This document shows, in pieces, positions 22,710 through 34,853 of a stretch of 34,853 nucleotides of DNA. This DNA comes from Octopus bimaculoides (Eukaryota). The DNA lies in contig NC_068990.1 of the NCBI RefSeq assembly GCF_001194135.2, positions 19,145,629-19,180,481 of the forward strand, written 5' to 3'. Made by a program: the position numbers and the translations under genes. Each line of letters opens with the position of its first letter. Position 1 is the stretch's first letter. The notes below the pieces were generated by a model. That model did not search any database. It worked only from the letters and a program-made list of their open reading frames with translations, and was not told the origin of the DNA.

Positions 22710-25700
22710 GAATGCAAATACGCACACACGCACGCACAGACGCACGCACAGACGCACACACGCACCGAATAAAGGAAATTTAGCTGAAATTGTGGTGTCT
22801 AGTAATCTGCTGGTCTTCTGTGGCGCATGTGTGTGTAAGAATGAGAGCCTTGTAGTCGTTACTTGTAAGAACAACGCTTTCGTATATGAAATTCATAATG
22901 AACTACTTCAAGAGATCCTATTATTATATTATTGTATTGCTTACCGAATGCACTCATTTGTGGTCCTTACCAATTATGGTGACTACGTTCAGTCTCAATG
23001 TTAAATTTAATTACTTATTTTGTGCAGTAGTTATGATGACACAACGTTAAAAAGTTGAGTGAGAAACATAAAGATTATATATCGTGGTATGAAGGGTTGA
23101 AATGTCTGCTATTGTTCCACTCGTACTTTTGCTGAAAATCCAACCATATTGTGTTTATGTACAAAAGATAACAATCTGTGTATAGATAAATTAAATGCGT
23201 CTGTCCTAAATGATAGATAACTTCAAAAAGAAATATAAAATATAATGTGTGATTATTCTGAAAAGTACCAATATTTACACTAAAACTCTTAAGTACAAGC
23301 TAAAATTATATGGTACGAAACAAATTAAAGAATATTGAATTTGGTTTGATCTATAATATGATAGTTTATAACTCAAGCCCTTAGATGTCTTCATAGCATC
23401 ACACAAACTAACAATCTCACTGACATACACACATACGTACTGGCATACACATATCAACATATTTGGTTCAACTGCATCTAGACATTCGATACATATATAC
23501 ACAAACATACACGGTGGGGCGCATCATTTGTTTGTGCAAGCATACATATAATTATGTAGTCTGGTTTATAGAAACATAAATAAATGTTTTTATGTGGCTA
23601 TATATAAATATATATGTATATGTATATATATATNNNNNNNNNNNNNNNNNNNNNNNNNNNNNNNNNNNNNNNNNNNNNNNNNNNNNNNNNNNNNNNNNNN
23701 NNNNNNNNNNNNNNNNNNNNNNNNNNNNNNNNNNNNNNNNNNNNNNNNNNNNNNNNNNNNNNNNNNNNNNNNNNNNNNNNNNNNNNNNNNNNNNNNNNNN
23801 NNNNNNNNNNNNNNNNNNNNNNNNNNNNNNNNNNNNNNNNNNNNNNNNNNNNNNNNNNNNNNNNNNNNNNNNNNNNNNNNNNNNNTATATATATCTACAT
23901 ATAGATAGATAAAAAAAACTTATGCAAGCATACAAATACAAAATGTGTGCGTATCTACAAATCAGTTGACGCACATATCTATACAAAGTGACACCTATAA
24001 AACTCTACTTTTGCTTATGAAGATTTCGTAAAATATGATAAAATTGCTTCCACCAGCTATGAAACATACAGACACAGATATACACATAATACTTATGTAC
24101 ACGAAATGTGATTAGAGTGTCTGTGTACGTGTGTGTTTCTCTGTGTGCATGTGTCTATGTACTCAGAAATGCGGTCTTGTATGTATATTTAAACAGTCGT
24201 TTAGATTGCTTGCTTTTAACCTGTTGATATATATACGAGTGCTTGAATCTACATATTCAGTTATACATACATAACTGTCCTCAAGATACTATATATATAT
24301 ATATAGGTGTATGTTCTTAATGTGTGCTACAATGTGTATCCGTGTATAATCCTGAATAGTTAAGGAAAAGGATATACGCGAATTTTTGTCATTACCAATG
24401 TTTATGTGTGTATATATGAATTTGTATATAGATATTGGTAATTAACGTAGCTTTTCCAGTGATTGTATATAAGTAATTGTTAAAAGAACCGGTGAAAGTA
24501 TGAGTATCAACAAGTGATGAGTATCACTGATTTCTACTATTCTTAAGCCATCTGCAGAAGAATGTAGGAGTGTCACCAACATATAGTAACTGGGTGTAAG
24601 CTAATAATTTTTCTAATGGAGGCCCGAGAAAATTTAAGCCTAATCATTTTGATTCGCTAGTTCCTAACCAACAAGTGATAAAAGGCTTAGAATATGATCA
24701 CTTCCTGCTGTTTTACAGCTACTTTTAAAATTGTATGAGTGTTAATTTTAACAATTTTCCAAAACCATTACAAAGTGCACTCTGAAACATAGCCCATCCA
24801 GCGATAGCATGGATTAATTAATTTAATGATAGTGCAAATTGCAGCATATTTGAATAATTTTAAATAAAAGGTATGCCTCTTTTGAATGCACATGCAATTT
24901 TAGACTTGCTGTGAAGAGCATGCAATGTAGTTACTCAGCAGGTTTTGTTTCACTTGAAACAAAAAAATAGTGGGATCGAAATCATTACATTCTAATCTTG
25001 TTAGAGCTTCGCGGAACGAGAAAAGATAAAAATAAAACATCTTTCCAAACAGCAATCAAAATAGAGTCGGATTTGCATAACACTGCCTGGGCTGATAACG
25101 TTGTTTAATTAATTCATTATAATGAACTACACAGCATTTTTGAATAATTTGAAGCGGAACAAAACAGAATTAAATGTTGTTTCTTTTTTCTTTCCAATAC
25201 AAAAGAAAAAAATAAAATTGCATTCTCACATGTGTTTTCCATTGTTTAAGGATAATGTAATTATGGAGATTTAATTGATACCAATATCAGACCTTGCAAC
25301 CGTGAAGTGGATCTCCATGTGAGATTAACTGGTTGATTGGACAGAACAGAAACCTTGGATGGTCACATTTTGAAGACCTTCAGTAATATAGCTGGGTGAT
25401 CAAGGCTGACAAAAGGACGGATAATAAAACTCTACGAAAGAGGGATATATCCTGAAAAGGAGCTGCAATTGCCCCTATACTAGTATCAATAAGGTCAACT
25501 GACAAATCTTATCTGAAAGAAACATCCTATACATTTGTACCTACACACGCACAAAATGTTTCTATGTATATATTATGTTATGCATAGAAGCGATGAATGT
25601 TGCAGACTTTTATACTCGAGTAAGGTAGATTAAACGATACCAATATATTAACTGAAGAAGATCTTGTTAATGGGATGTATTTCCTATTATTATATTACTC

Positions 25701-25762
25701 AATGATCGGAAACGTGAGCACTAAATGCTTTCAAAATATTACTATTTGCTTTTGACTTCGTT

Positions 25763-25859
25763 ATAATAATAATAATAATAATAATAATAAGAAGAAGAAG
25801 AAGAAGAAAAAGATGAAGAAGGAGAAGAAGGATGATGATGACGATGACGACGACGACGA
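25763..25859. repeat. Stepwise compound trinucleotide repeat AAT>AAG>GAT>GAC
   Basis: Read directly. Confidence 0.9.
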
Positions 25860-25865
25860 GAATAT

Positions 25866-26413
25866 GCCCTGATTCAGTATCAGGCAGTGGCTCCCATGGC
25901 TTCTGATCTTACCTCATGGGAAGTGTTGTCATGTACATTGTTTTGTCTTGCGATAAAGGATGATCTACAGCAAATATTCTGGTCAATACTACAGATTTGC
26001 TTGTCAGTTGTTTTACCTTCGCTAATTGAGCATGTTCCATAGTGGCTGACCATGTGTGCATCACTCGCCACGAGCAGAAGTAGTGGGGAATATCATAGCC
26101 ATGTTTTGAGAGAAATTCTTTTGGGGTTGGATAATTCACCTCTGAAACCATAATTGTTTCGTTGAACATCCTTAACCTAATTCAGGGACCATTTGAGCGG
26201 GATGCGCTACGGAACGTGAAGAAAATTCTAACTAGGCCCCACCTGCAAGGTCATGGGCTGTTTATCTTGACATGATGTCACCATGTCGCGCACATGTACT
26301 TGTGATGCACGTGCCTGATGTACCCGTATCAGACGGTTAGTCATGATGCGTTTACTTGGCTTTATATATTTTACCCCAGTTTCACTTTGATAGCAGACTC
26401 TTCTCTCTCACAC
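25866..26413. mobile_element. Unclassified GC-richer interspersed element between AAT-type microsatellites
   Basis: Abrupt change in composition. Its 25896-26100 segment recurs at 26501-26699. I recall it as a high-copy octopus repeat, but this is not verified. Confidence 0.65.
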
Positions 26414-26500
26414 AATGATAAAAATAATAATAATGATAATGATAATAATAATAATGATAATGATAATAATAATATTGATAATGATAATAATAATAACCTG

Positions 26501-26699
26501 ATGGCTTCTGATCTTCACTGATTGGAAGTATTATCATGTTTTATCTTGGTATAAAGGATGGGTTACAGCAAATATACTGTTCAATACCACAGATTCCCTT
26601 GTCAGTTGCTTGGCCATAATTAGTTGCGCATGTCACTTAGAGGCTGATGATATGAGCATTTCTGATCACGAGCAGAGGTAGTGAGGAAGCATCATCGCT
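26501..26699. repeat. Diverged partial tandem copy of 25896-26100
   Basis: ATGGCTTCTGATCTT...GGAAGT...ACAGCAAATAT...ACAGATT...CTTGTCAGTTG...CACGAGCAGA(A/G)GTAGTG is collinear in both copies. Confidence 0.9.
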
Positions 26700-27638
26700 A
26701 AGTATTAAAATACAAACACGCACACACACATACATATATGTACATTTATACATACATGTACTTGCACGCATATATACATATATATATATATATATATANN
26801 NNNNNNNNNNNNNNNNNNNNNNNNNNNNNNNNNNNNNNNNNNNNNNNNNNNNNNNNNNNNNNATCTGTGTATAAATGTCTCTCTATTTCTTCCCGTTCTT
26901 TTTCTCTGAGTATATGATCTCTTTGATTTTGAGTGAGTGTGTGTAAATGTATATGTTAATTTTGTGGTGAAGTCTGGCCAATAATGGTGTGGAATACATT
27001 ATTCAATACCCAATATGAAATCAATGTTGTATAAATATATATAAATGATGGTTATGATTTGAGATTCTCGTTAACGTTAGCCTTAAAAAGAAAGAAAAAC
27101 TACTTATTTATTCCGTCTGTGTAGAGAGTAGTGATTTATTAGTATTTATAATATAAATCTATTTTATTTACTTGTAGTGGAGAGTCTGATTTGCATAAAA
27201 GTTCATGGACACCAAGTTGCATTTTTGAATAATTTCACACATATTCTAGATATTTTCATGTAACATGCAGTTTTAACAAGACTGTAAAACTGAATACAAT
27301 GCAATTCTTTCTCTTCTGATTATTACCCTGAACAAAACATTGACGATTTCGATCTGTGTAAAATAATTCGAGAACTTTGTTAAAATATCGATACAGAATT
27401 TTTTCAACATTATTTGATAACTATGGCGAAAGTAGTAGCTTGTAGCTCCTTAGACTGCGAACGTTGTAAGACGTATCATAAAAAAACAGTATTATTTGTA
27501 TAATGTGCTGACAAGTGAGGTTATATAAGAATTTATTATACACATAACACAATGAGTCTGTAAATTTGAAAGGAAACCCCTAATTGTTTATTCTTTTTAT
27601 GTAGAGAATACTACACACTGAGACGCACAATTATATAT

Positions 27639-27824
27639 GTTGTTGGCACTCCGTCGCTTACGACGTCCAGGGTTCAAACTGATCCGATCAACGGAACAGC
27701 CTCCTCGTGAAATTAACGTGCAAGTGGCTGAGCACTCCACAGATACGTGTACCCTTAACGTAGTTCTCGGGGATATTCAGCGTGACACAGTGTGATAAGG
27801 CTAACCCTTTGAGTTACAGGTACA
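27639..27824 (-). mobile_element. Family B SINE, 3' portion
   Basis: Reverse complement of about 17310-17495. Confidence 0.85.
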
Positions 27825-28156
27825 TATACAAACACACACATATACAAACACACACACAAACACTCACACACTCACGTTCTAACTGTTTGTTGATTTAGAG
27901 TAAATTGCTGCATCAGACGGTGGATCATCACACTGTAAAATAACAGATATATTTCTAATATCATAGAACTGACCAACGATACAAAATGGCAGTTCTAAAG
28001 TACAGATCAGAGAAACACTAAATTAAGTAAATGTGAAATAGGATAGAAAGAAGAAATAACAGAAAGTCGAATGTTACAATTTCTGCTGCACACCCACACA
28101 CACATAAACATACAAATACATACATACATACCATACATACATAAATACATACATAC

Positions 28157-28172
28157 CATCACACATAAACAC

Positions 28173-28263
<91 letters not shown>

Positions 28264-28264
28264 T

Positions 28265-28312
<48 letters not shown>
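28157..28312. repeat. (GA)n/(GAGACA)n followed by (GATA)n
   Basis: Read directly. Confidence 0.95.
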
Positions 28313-28313
<1 letters not shown>

Positions 28314-29048
28314 GGAGAAGAATCCATACTGGAATCCATGGAGAGGAACCCATACAGAAATACATTTACACACACATGCATGTGTATATATTTATACATA
28401 TGTATATACATGCATGTATGTAAGTACATATGTATACATGTCTGTCTGCTTGTATTTAGGCATGTATGTATGAATGCATGTATGTATTCATGTATGGATA
28501 CGTGCATGCATGGATGCATTTGTATGTGTCTGTGAAAACAAAACGGTATTTACAACTCAAAAATCTATCATTTCCTGGATATGAAAATGTGCTTGATATT
28601 TTTGAGGAGATTGTTTCTTCCTTCCACCTTTATCAATGAAGGGTTAACTATTATCATTTCATGGGGCAATTGTTGCTTTGTAGACACTTACATTAAGCAT
28701 GAACTTATAAGTATAAGCCGGTACTTAACACTATTTAAGTGTTGTGATTATTGTTTTATATCTATTGTACATACATACATAAGAACTATATTACACTACA
28801 TTACGATAAGTATCCTTCCATTTAAAGATAGAATGGAAAGAAATCTAGTGTATATATTGTCTGGTAGCTTCAGGGCTGAAGACAAAGACTCCATCATAAA
28901 AGTGTATATATGAATACATGACCAGCCAATGACCAGAGTACTTGAAACATACTTGAAAGATGATACATTTCTATTTTCATTGAAACATATATATATATCC
29001 ATATGCATGTGTATGTTTGTGTGTGTGTGTGTATATATATATATAAAG

Positions 29049-29087
<39 letters not shown>

Positions 29088-29367
29088 NNNNNNNNNNAAA
29101 TATATATATATATATATATGTAAATATAAGTATCTAAATATATATATATATATATGTACATATATATATATCAATACATTTGGAAATATAAGTGTGTATA
29201 TATATATATATATATATATAAGTACTCATACACACAGATATATTTATATACATATTACTTATATAAACTTTATACAGGCACACACACATATGAATACATA
29301 TAGAACTATACGTAAATATGAACGCATATATATACACACACAACACACAAGCGTACAGACACAGACA

Positions 29368-29420
<53 letters not shown>

Positions 29421-30354
29421 GCACATAAGCACAGACACACACATGTATATATATTTAAAAAAGCCATGCTTTCAGTTAAAAGCTTTTCGGAACTTGTTAC
29501 ACGTCAGACAATATCGATTCCACTCTATCGATTTGTTAGTCAATATTTTATTCATGAAAATAATTTCATGAATTTTTATCTTGTCTACATTCTTTTCTTC
29601 AGTAACTCCAATTATGTTTGATTTTTCACTTTGATCTACCTCACGGTGTTTACGCCATACACTTATACACACTGCCAGGCACTCACAGACACATACGAGA
29701 CACAATACGAGGGCAAAAATAGACAAGCACAAATATACATACGTTAATGCATATTAAAATATAAGCGTTTAGACACTTGGTTATAAATATATATATATAT
29801 ATATATANNNNNNNNNNNNNNNNNNNNNNNNNNNNNNNNNNNNNNNNNNNNNNNNNNNNNNNNNNNNNNNNNNNNNNNNNNNNNNNNNNNNNNNNNNNNN
29901 NNNNNNNNNNNNNNNNNNNNNNNNNNNNNNNNNNNNNNNNNNNNNNNNNNNNNNNNNNNNNNNNNNNNNNNNNNNNNNNNNNNNNNNNNNNNNNNNNNNN
30001 NNNNNNNNNNNNNNNNNNNNNNNNNNNNNNNNNNNNNNNNNNNNNNNNNNNNNNNNNNNNNNNNNNNNNNNNNNNNNNNNNNNNNNNNNNNNNNNNNNNN
30101 NNNNNNNNNNNNNNNNNNNNNNNNNNNNNNNNNNNNNNNNNNNNNNNNNNNNNNNNNNNNNNNNNNNNNNNNNNNNNNNNNNNNNNNNNNNNNNNNNNNN
30201 NNNNNNNNNNNNNNNNNNNNNNNNNNNNNNNNNNNNNNNNNNNNNNNNNNNNNNNNNNNNNNNNNNNNNNNNNNNNNNNNNNNNNNNNNNNNNNNNNNNN
30301 NNNNNNNNNNNNNNNNNNNNNNNNNNNNNNNNNNNNNNNNNNNNNNNNNNNNNN

Positions 30355-30417
<63 letters not shown>

Positions 30418-31157
30418 GTAAATGTATCTACACACTGACACTTACCCACACGCGCACACACACGTATACCCACACACTCACACATAGAAACATATATGCA
30501 TATGTATATATACGTACATATATGCAGATATCCGGGTATAATTATGGAACAGGTCGTATGGAACAAGTATATAGTAATCCATATTTATCGCTGTTGTAAT
30601 GTTGCCTGTTCATGCAATTATTCTTGTGCCTTACTGCAGATCTCAGTTTGAACAATCGGAAGCGTTGTCTACAACCACTCACCAAGCGTAAATTCATTAA
30701 TCGTATACGGATTCGAACAGATCGAGAGTAGAAAGGAAGAAATTTAAAATCATTTTCAGTACTCCAGTCAATTTGCCAAGACTTCTAGCGAATGAAAGTT
30801 GTTAAGCCATGCATATACGCATAAGCAAACACATATACACTGTAATACGCATATCCACTGTGAACTGTGATGCTTAACCGCGTTACAATGTGTCATGTTT
30901 TTTACTAACTGAATTTTGGTTATTGTTCCAGGTTAGATCGCACAGTTGATGGAACAACTGGCAGGCTGATGGCTTGTATATTTTTATGATACACTATCCC
31001 ATACGCTCAGTATTCAAAGATGCACAAATGTGACTAAAAACAATGGGAAAACGACTTTGGCCAAGGTAGAATAGAAGGGTACACTAGATTAAGAAACGGA
31101 ATCGCTGTGAACAGCTGCGGGCAAGTTTTGTTTTTTCCGTTTGTTCGGTTGCTACAG

Positions 31158-31217
31158 GTTTTGTATATATTCATCCTATTGTAAAATCGAAGAAAACGTT
31201 AGATCGGAATACATATG
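31158..31217 (+). other. Candidate 60-nt plus-strand exon, coding status unknown
   Basis: Long pyrimidine tract ttttgttttttccgtttgttcggttgctacag|G and donor ATG|gtaagt; two frames are open. Confidence 0.4.
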
Positions 31218-31405
31218 GTAAGTAATCATATAAAAATATATGTCAATAATACATTACAATTAAAATTAAAAATGTCTTCACACTGTATTACGTAGATATA
31301 TTTTTTAGCAGTATATACGAATACTAGATCATCTATAATATACATAAATACGCCAAAATACACACATGCATGTACATAGTTGATTTATATTTAGACATAC
31401 ATATA

Positions 31406-31575
31406 TAAGACATAAGTATATACACAAATACATACATATACATATATGTACGCATACATGCACGCGCACAAAATCTCTTGGTATATACATGCACATTAAG
31501 ACATAAATATATAAACATACACATATACATATATGTACGCATACATGCACGCGCACAAAACCTCTTCGTGTATCC
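31406..31575. repeat. Tandem duplication of low-complexity sequence, period about 87-91 bp
   Basis: CATATACATATATGTACGCATACATGCACGCGCACAAAA(T/C)CTCTT occurs at 31435 and 31522. Confidence 0.85.
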
Positions 31576-31732
31576 ATATACAGGACAGTTATTACAGACG
31601 AGAAAAGTAGGAGGTATACCTTAAGTGTAGGCATGAGGGAGAGAAAAAGAAAAAGAGAGACGTAAAAACTAGCGAGCAAAAGAGAAAAAGAATGTAGAAG
31701 AAAGGGAGACAAAAGCTTGTTGCAGGCACCAG

Positions 31733-31830
<98 letters not shown>

Positions 31831-32353
31831 GTAGATTCTGTACTTATATAATTTTTGAAGCACATTTTCTTTGTTGTCGTTTAACAATACCTATATGCAG
31901 AATAGTTGGTGATTAGGTCAAGGCAAATCAACAGACATATCGACTCGGCTGCTTGCAGACTAAGCAAACATTAGCATGTGACAAAATATTTTGCAAACCA
32001 ATGGATCTAATTATTGCTTCCGTCATTTACAGGCGAGATTGTGATCACTACGTGAGCTTTTAATGATGTTAGTCAATCATTTAGAGAAACCATCGGTGTT
32101 AAGCCCTACGCGATTAATTCTTCCCTTCGCATTATTTCTCGTTTCTCGTTTCTCGTTCTGTAGTCGTATACACAGGGATTGTTCAAGCATAGCTCTTTTC
32201 TTTATAACTATTGAATACACGTCTATCGCCTTTACTTTAGTAATTATACAAATTCTTAGAAAGTCACGTAGCTTCCTATTCATTTTTGTATGCGTCGATT
32301 GTAAGAATGGGCATCCTACCGGAAGATGCTTTACGAATACTTACGTAGATGCA

Positions 32354-32396
<43 letters not shown>

Positions 32397-32754
32397 NNNN
32401 NNNNNNNNNNNNNNNNNNNNNNNNNNNNNNNNNNNNNNNNNNNNNNNNNNNNNNNNNNNNNNNNNNNNNNNNNNNNNNNNNNNNNNNNNNNNNNNNNNNN
32501 NNNNNNNNNNNNNNNNNNNNNNNNNNNNNNNNNNNNNNNNNNNNNNNNNNNNNNNNNNNNNNNNNNNNNNNNNNNNNNNNNNNNNNNNNNNNNNNNNNNN
32601 NNNNNNNNNNNNNNNNNNNNNNNNNNNNNNNNNNNNNNNNNNNNNNNNNNNNNNNNNNNNNNNNNNNNNNNNNNNNNNNNNNNNNNNNNNNNNNNNNNNN
32701 NNNNNNNNNNNNNNNNNNNNNNNNNNNNNNNNNNNNATATATATATGGGGCGAG

Positions 32755-32976
32755 TGTGTATGTCTGTTTTTTTATCGTATGTGATTACCCCCATACCAGC
32801 CTGACGATTGTCTTGGTTTGCTTACACTCCCACAAGGTAGCGGTTTTGCGAAAAGACCAAGAAAATAACTCGACCAGGCTTCAAAAATAAGACATGCTGG
32901 CGATTTGTTCGACTAAACCCCTTAAAGGCTGTGCCCCAGCATGGCTGCTTTCAAATGCCTGAAACAAGTAAAAGAG
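32755..32976 (+). mobile_element. Family C SINE, 3' half, emerging from a (TA)n-flanked gap
   Basis: GTAGCGGTTTTGCGAAAAGACC...GATTTGTTCGACTAAA...CCCCAGCATGGCTGC...CTGAAACAAGTAAAAGAG; inverse of 20061-20265. Confidence 0.8.
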
Positions 32977-34853
32977 AAATATATAAATATGCATGTATTT
33001 TTGTGCGTGTTTGTGGATGAGTGTGTAAATGAATGTGTATATGAATGTGTGCGTTTGTGCACATGAACGGGCTTGTCAGTTACGTTCTAGACACATTTAA
33101 TTTTGTATATTCATGTTTTGCTAGAACTGTATACAAGAAGTCTTTGCTTATAATTCCATACGTCGCAATTATTACTCTACTGTCTTTGATAGCATAAATA
33201 TCAGAGTTACAAGTTGTGCAAGTAATTCACTCTAACATTTCACCACATGTTGTATTTAAATATTTTGAAACCAACATGATACAAAATTATGCTGATTGAT
33301 AAATTGAGACTGGACACGTGTATGTATGTTATGATCTAACTTATTTGTTGTTGTAAGATGATCTATCCTATATTCTGGCACCTTTCATGGGGAGATTTTA
33401 GACACTGCTATTATAACAATATAAGATTTGTAAACAAATCTATTTTCTGAATATATTAAAAAAAAAAATATATATATATATACGAACTCTATATTTTGGT
33501 CTCAAAGTTTCGCGCAAGTCCAGCAATTTCGGGTATCAACGCAACAATCAACGAAGTGTATATATTAAAAATATGTTTAAAATATCTCTTGTGCTAACGT
33601 ACGAAAAAAAGATGAGAGCATTTTAAAATTCAAATTTGATTGATATTTCCATTACAATTTTAGCAATTTTTGCATATATAATGAAAAACGTGTTTATAAT
33701 TAATTTTTTTTGCACATTAAAATTATATTTATTTTCGAATATTAATTCTTCATCTGTAAATTATATAAAGCAATCATTACTACTGCGAAAAAAATACGAA
33801 AATTAAGTAGATAATATTAATGGACTGTTAAAAGGATACTGTTTACTTTATCCTATTAAGAATTATTTGCAAGTAACTTAGTGTCTGGAATGTTTCTGAA
33901 GGTTTCTGCATATAATTAGTAACGTACAGGGAATCTCAGCTATTTCTAATATGCGCCGCCACATGTCAGCTTGTACTTAACAGGTCTTTGAAGCTGTGAT
34001 TTACTTTGGTATTCACCCAAATCTTATGAAATTTTAAAGACTTTTTTCAGTGGTAATACATACATAGTTTATGTGCATATAAATACTAGCATATTAATGT
34101 AATCGGTAATAACATGTAAACACATCTCAGTTAACAAAGAAATCGATTATTTACACGGCGAGTTAATGATTGTAATTTATTGAGAAAAGTATACTAATAA
34201 AATGGTATTTCGCAAGTTTGAAATTTTAGAATGTTTTTCATTATTAGTGTTGGAATTCTTACCCTTACATTATAAGACTATGGTACATCGTATCGTATCG
34301 TAAGATTACACCATGCTATTGTATTTTCACATCCTATAATGATATTAAAATTTTATTGGTGTACAGCATTACATAATGTTTCTGTCATTTAAATAATTAT
34401 TGCTTGTTTAGTCTCCAATGCAGTGATCAGCATTGTATCTCACGTTGTCTTAAATATAAGAAAATTAGGCTAGACGATGTACAGAAAATATTATATAAGT
34501 TTAATACAAAAATATGTACATATGTTTACATGTAAAAGCGTCCGACTTACACAGAATAGAAATGATTTCAGGAATTGAATAAGAGTTTTACTAAAACACT
34601 TATTCAACACCTTTAACACCTGATTACATTTCTTTTCTTAGTTAGCTGGACGTTTGTATATATAAACATATATACATTTCTTTGTATTAAATACATTTAA
34701 TATTTTTTGTATATCGACTTACCTAACTTGCTTGTCCTTACATTTACTCCTCTCACCTCTCACTGTTCAAGTTTAAATCTCTTTAGCTTTACAAAGTGTA
34801 TTCTACATAGAGACTACCTGTCCCTAATATATATATATATATATATATATATA

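Overview
AT-rich eukaryotic genomic DNA from a short-read draft scaffold. It has nine N-gaps, each flanked by (TA)n or (CA)n. The SINE families and microsatellite load point to a coleoid cephalopod, probably Octopus; this rests on my recall of the repeats and was not searched. Essentially every ORF in the supplied track is a microsatellite, gap or repeat artefact. Supported content: (i) three tRNA-derived SINE families (called A, B and C here) in about 14 full or partial copies; (ii) the 3' end of an R4/Dong-type non-LTR retrotransposon running into (AAT)n, a mariner transposase remnant, and an unclassified AAT-embedded element with a partial tandem copy; (iii) two minus-strand micro-exons (14651-14691 and 14534-14579) that splice to ...CTNIFNKISDAFPGNYVSRM..., the C-terminal half of an SH3 domain, so much of the window is probably intron of a gene the ORF track misses; (iv) the most notable item, a type-I hammerhead ribozyme with all catalytic-core nucleotides intact (14944-15029, + strand), nested in a 277-bp element bounded by 47-bp inverted repeats, 160 bp from those exons. 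No CRISPR array, rRNA, true tRNA or intact transposase was found.
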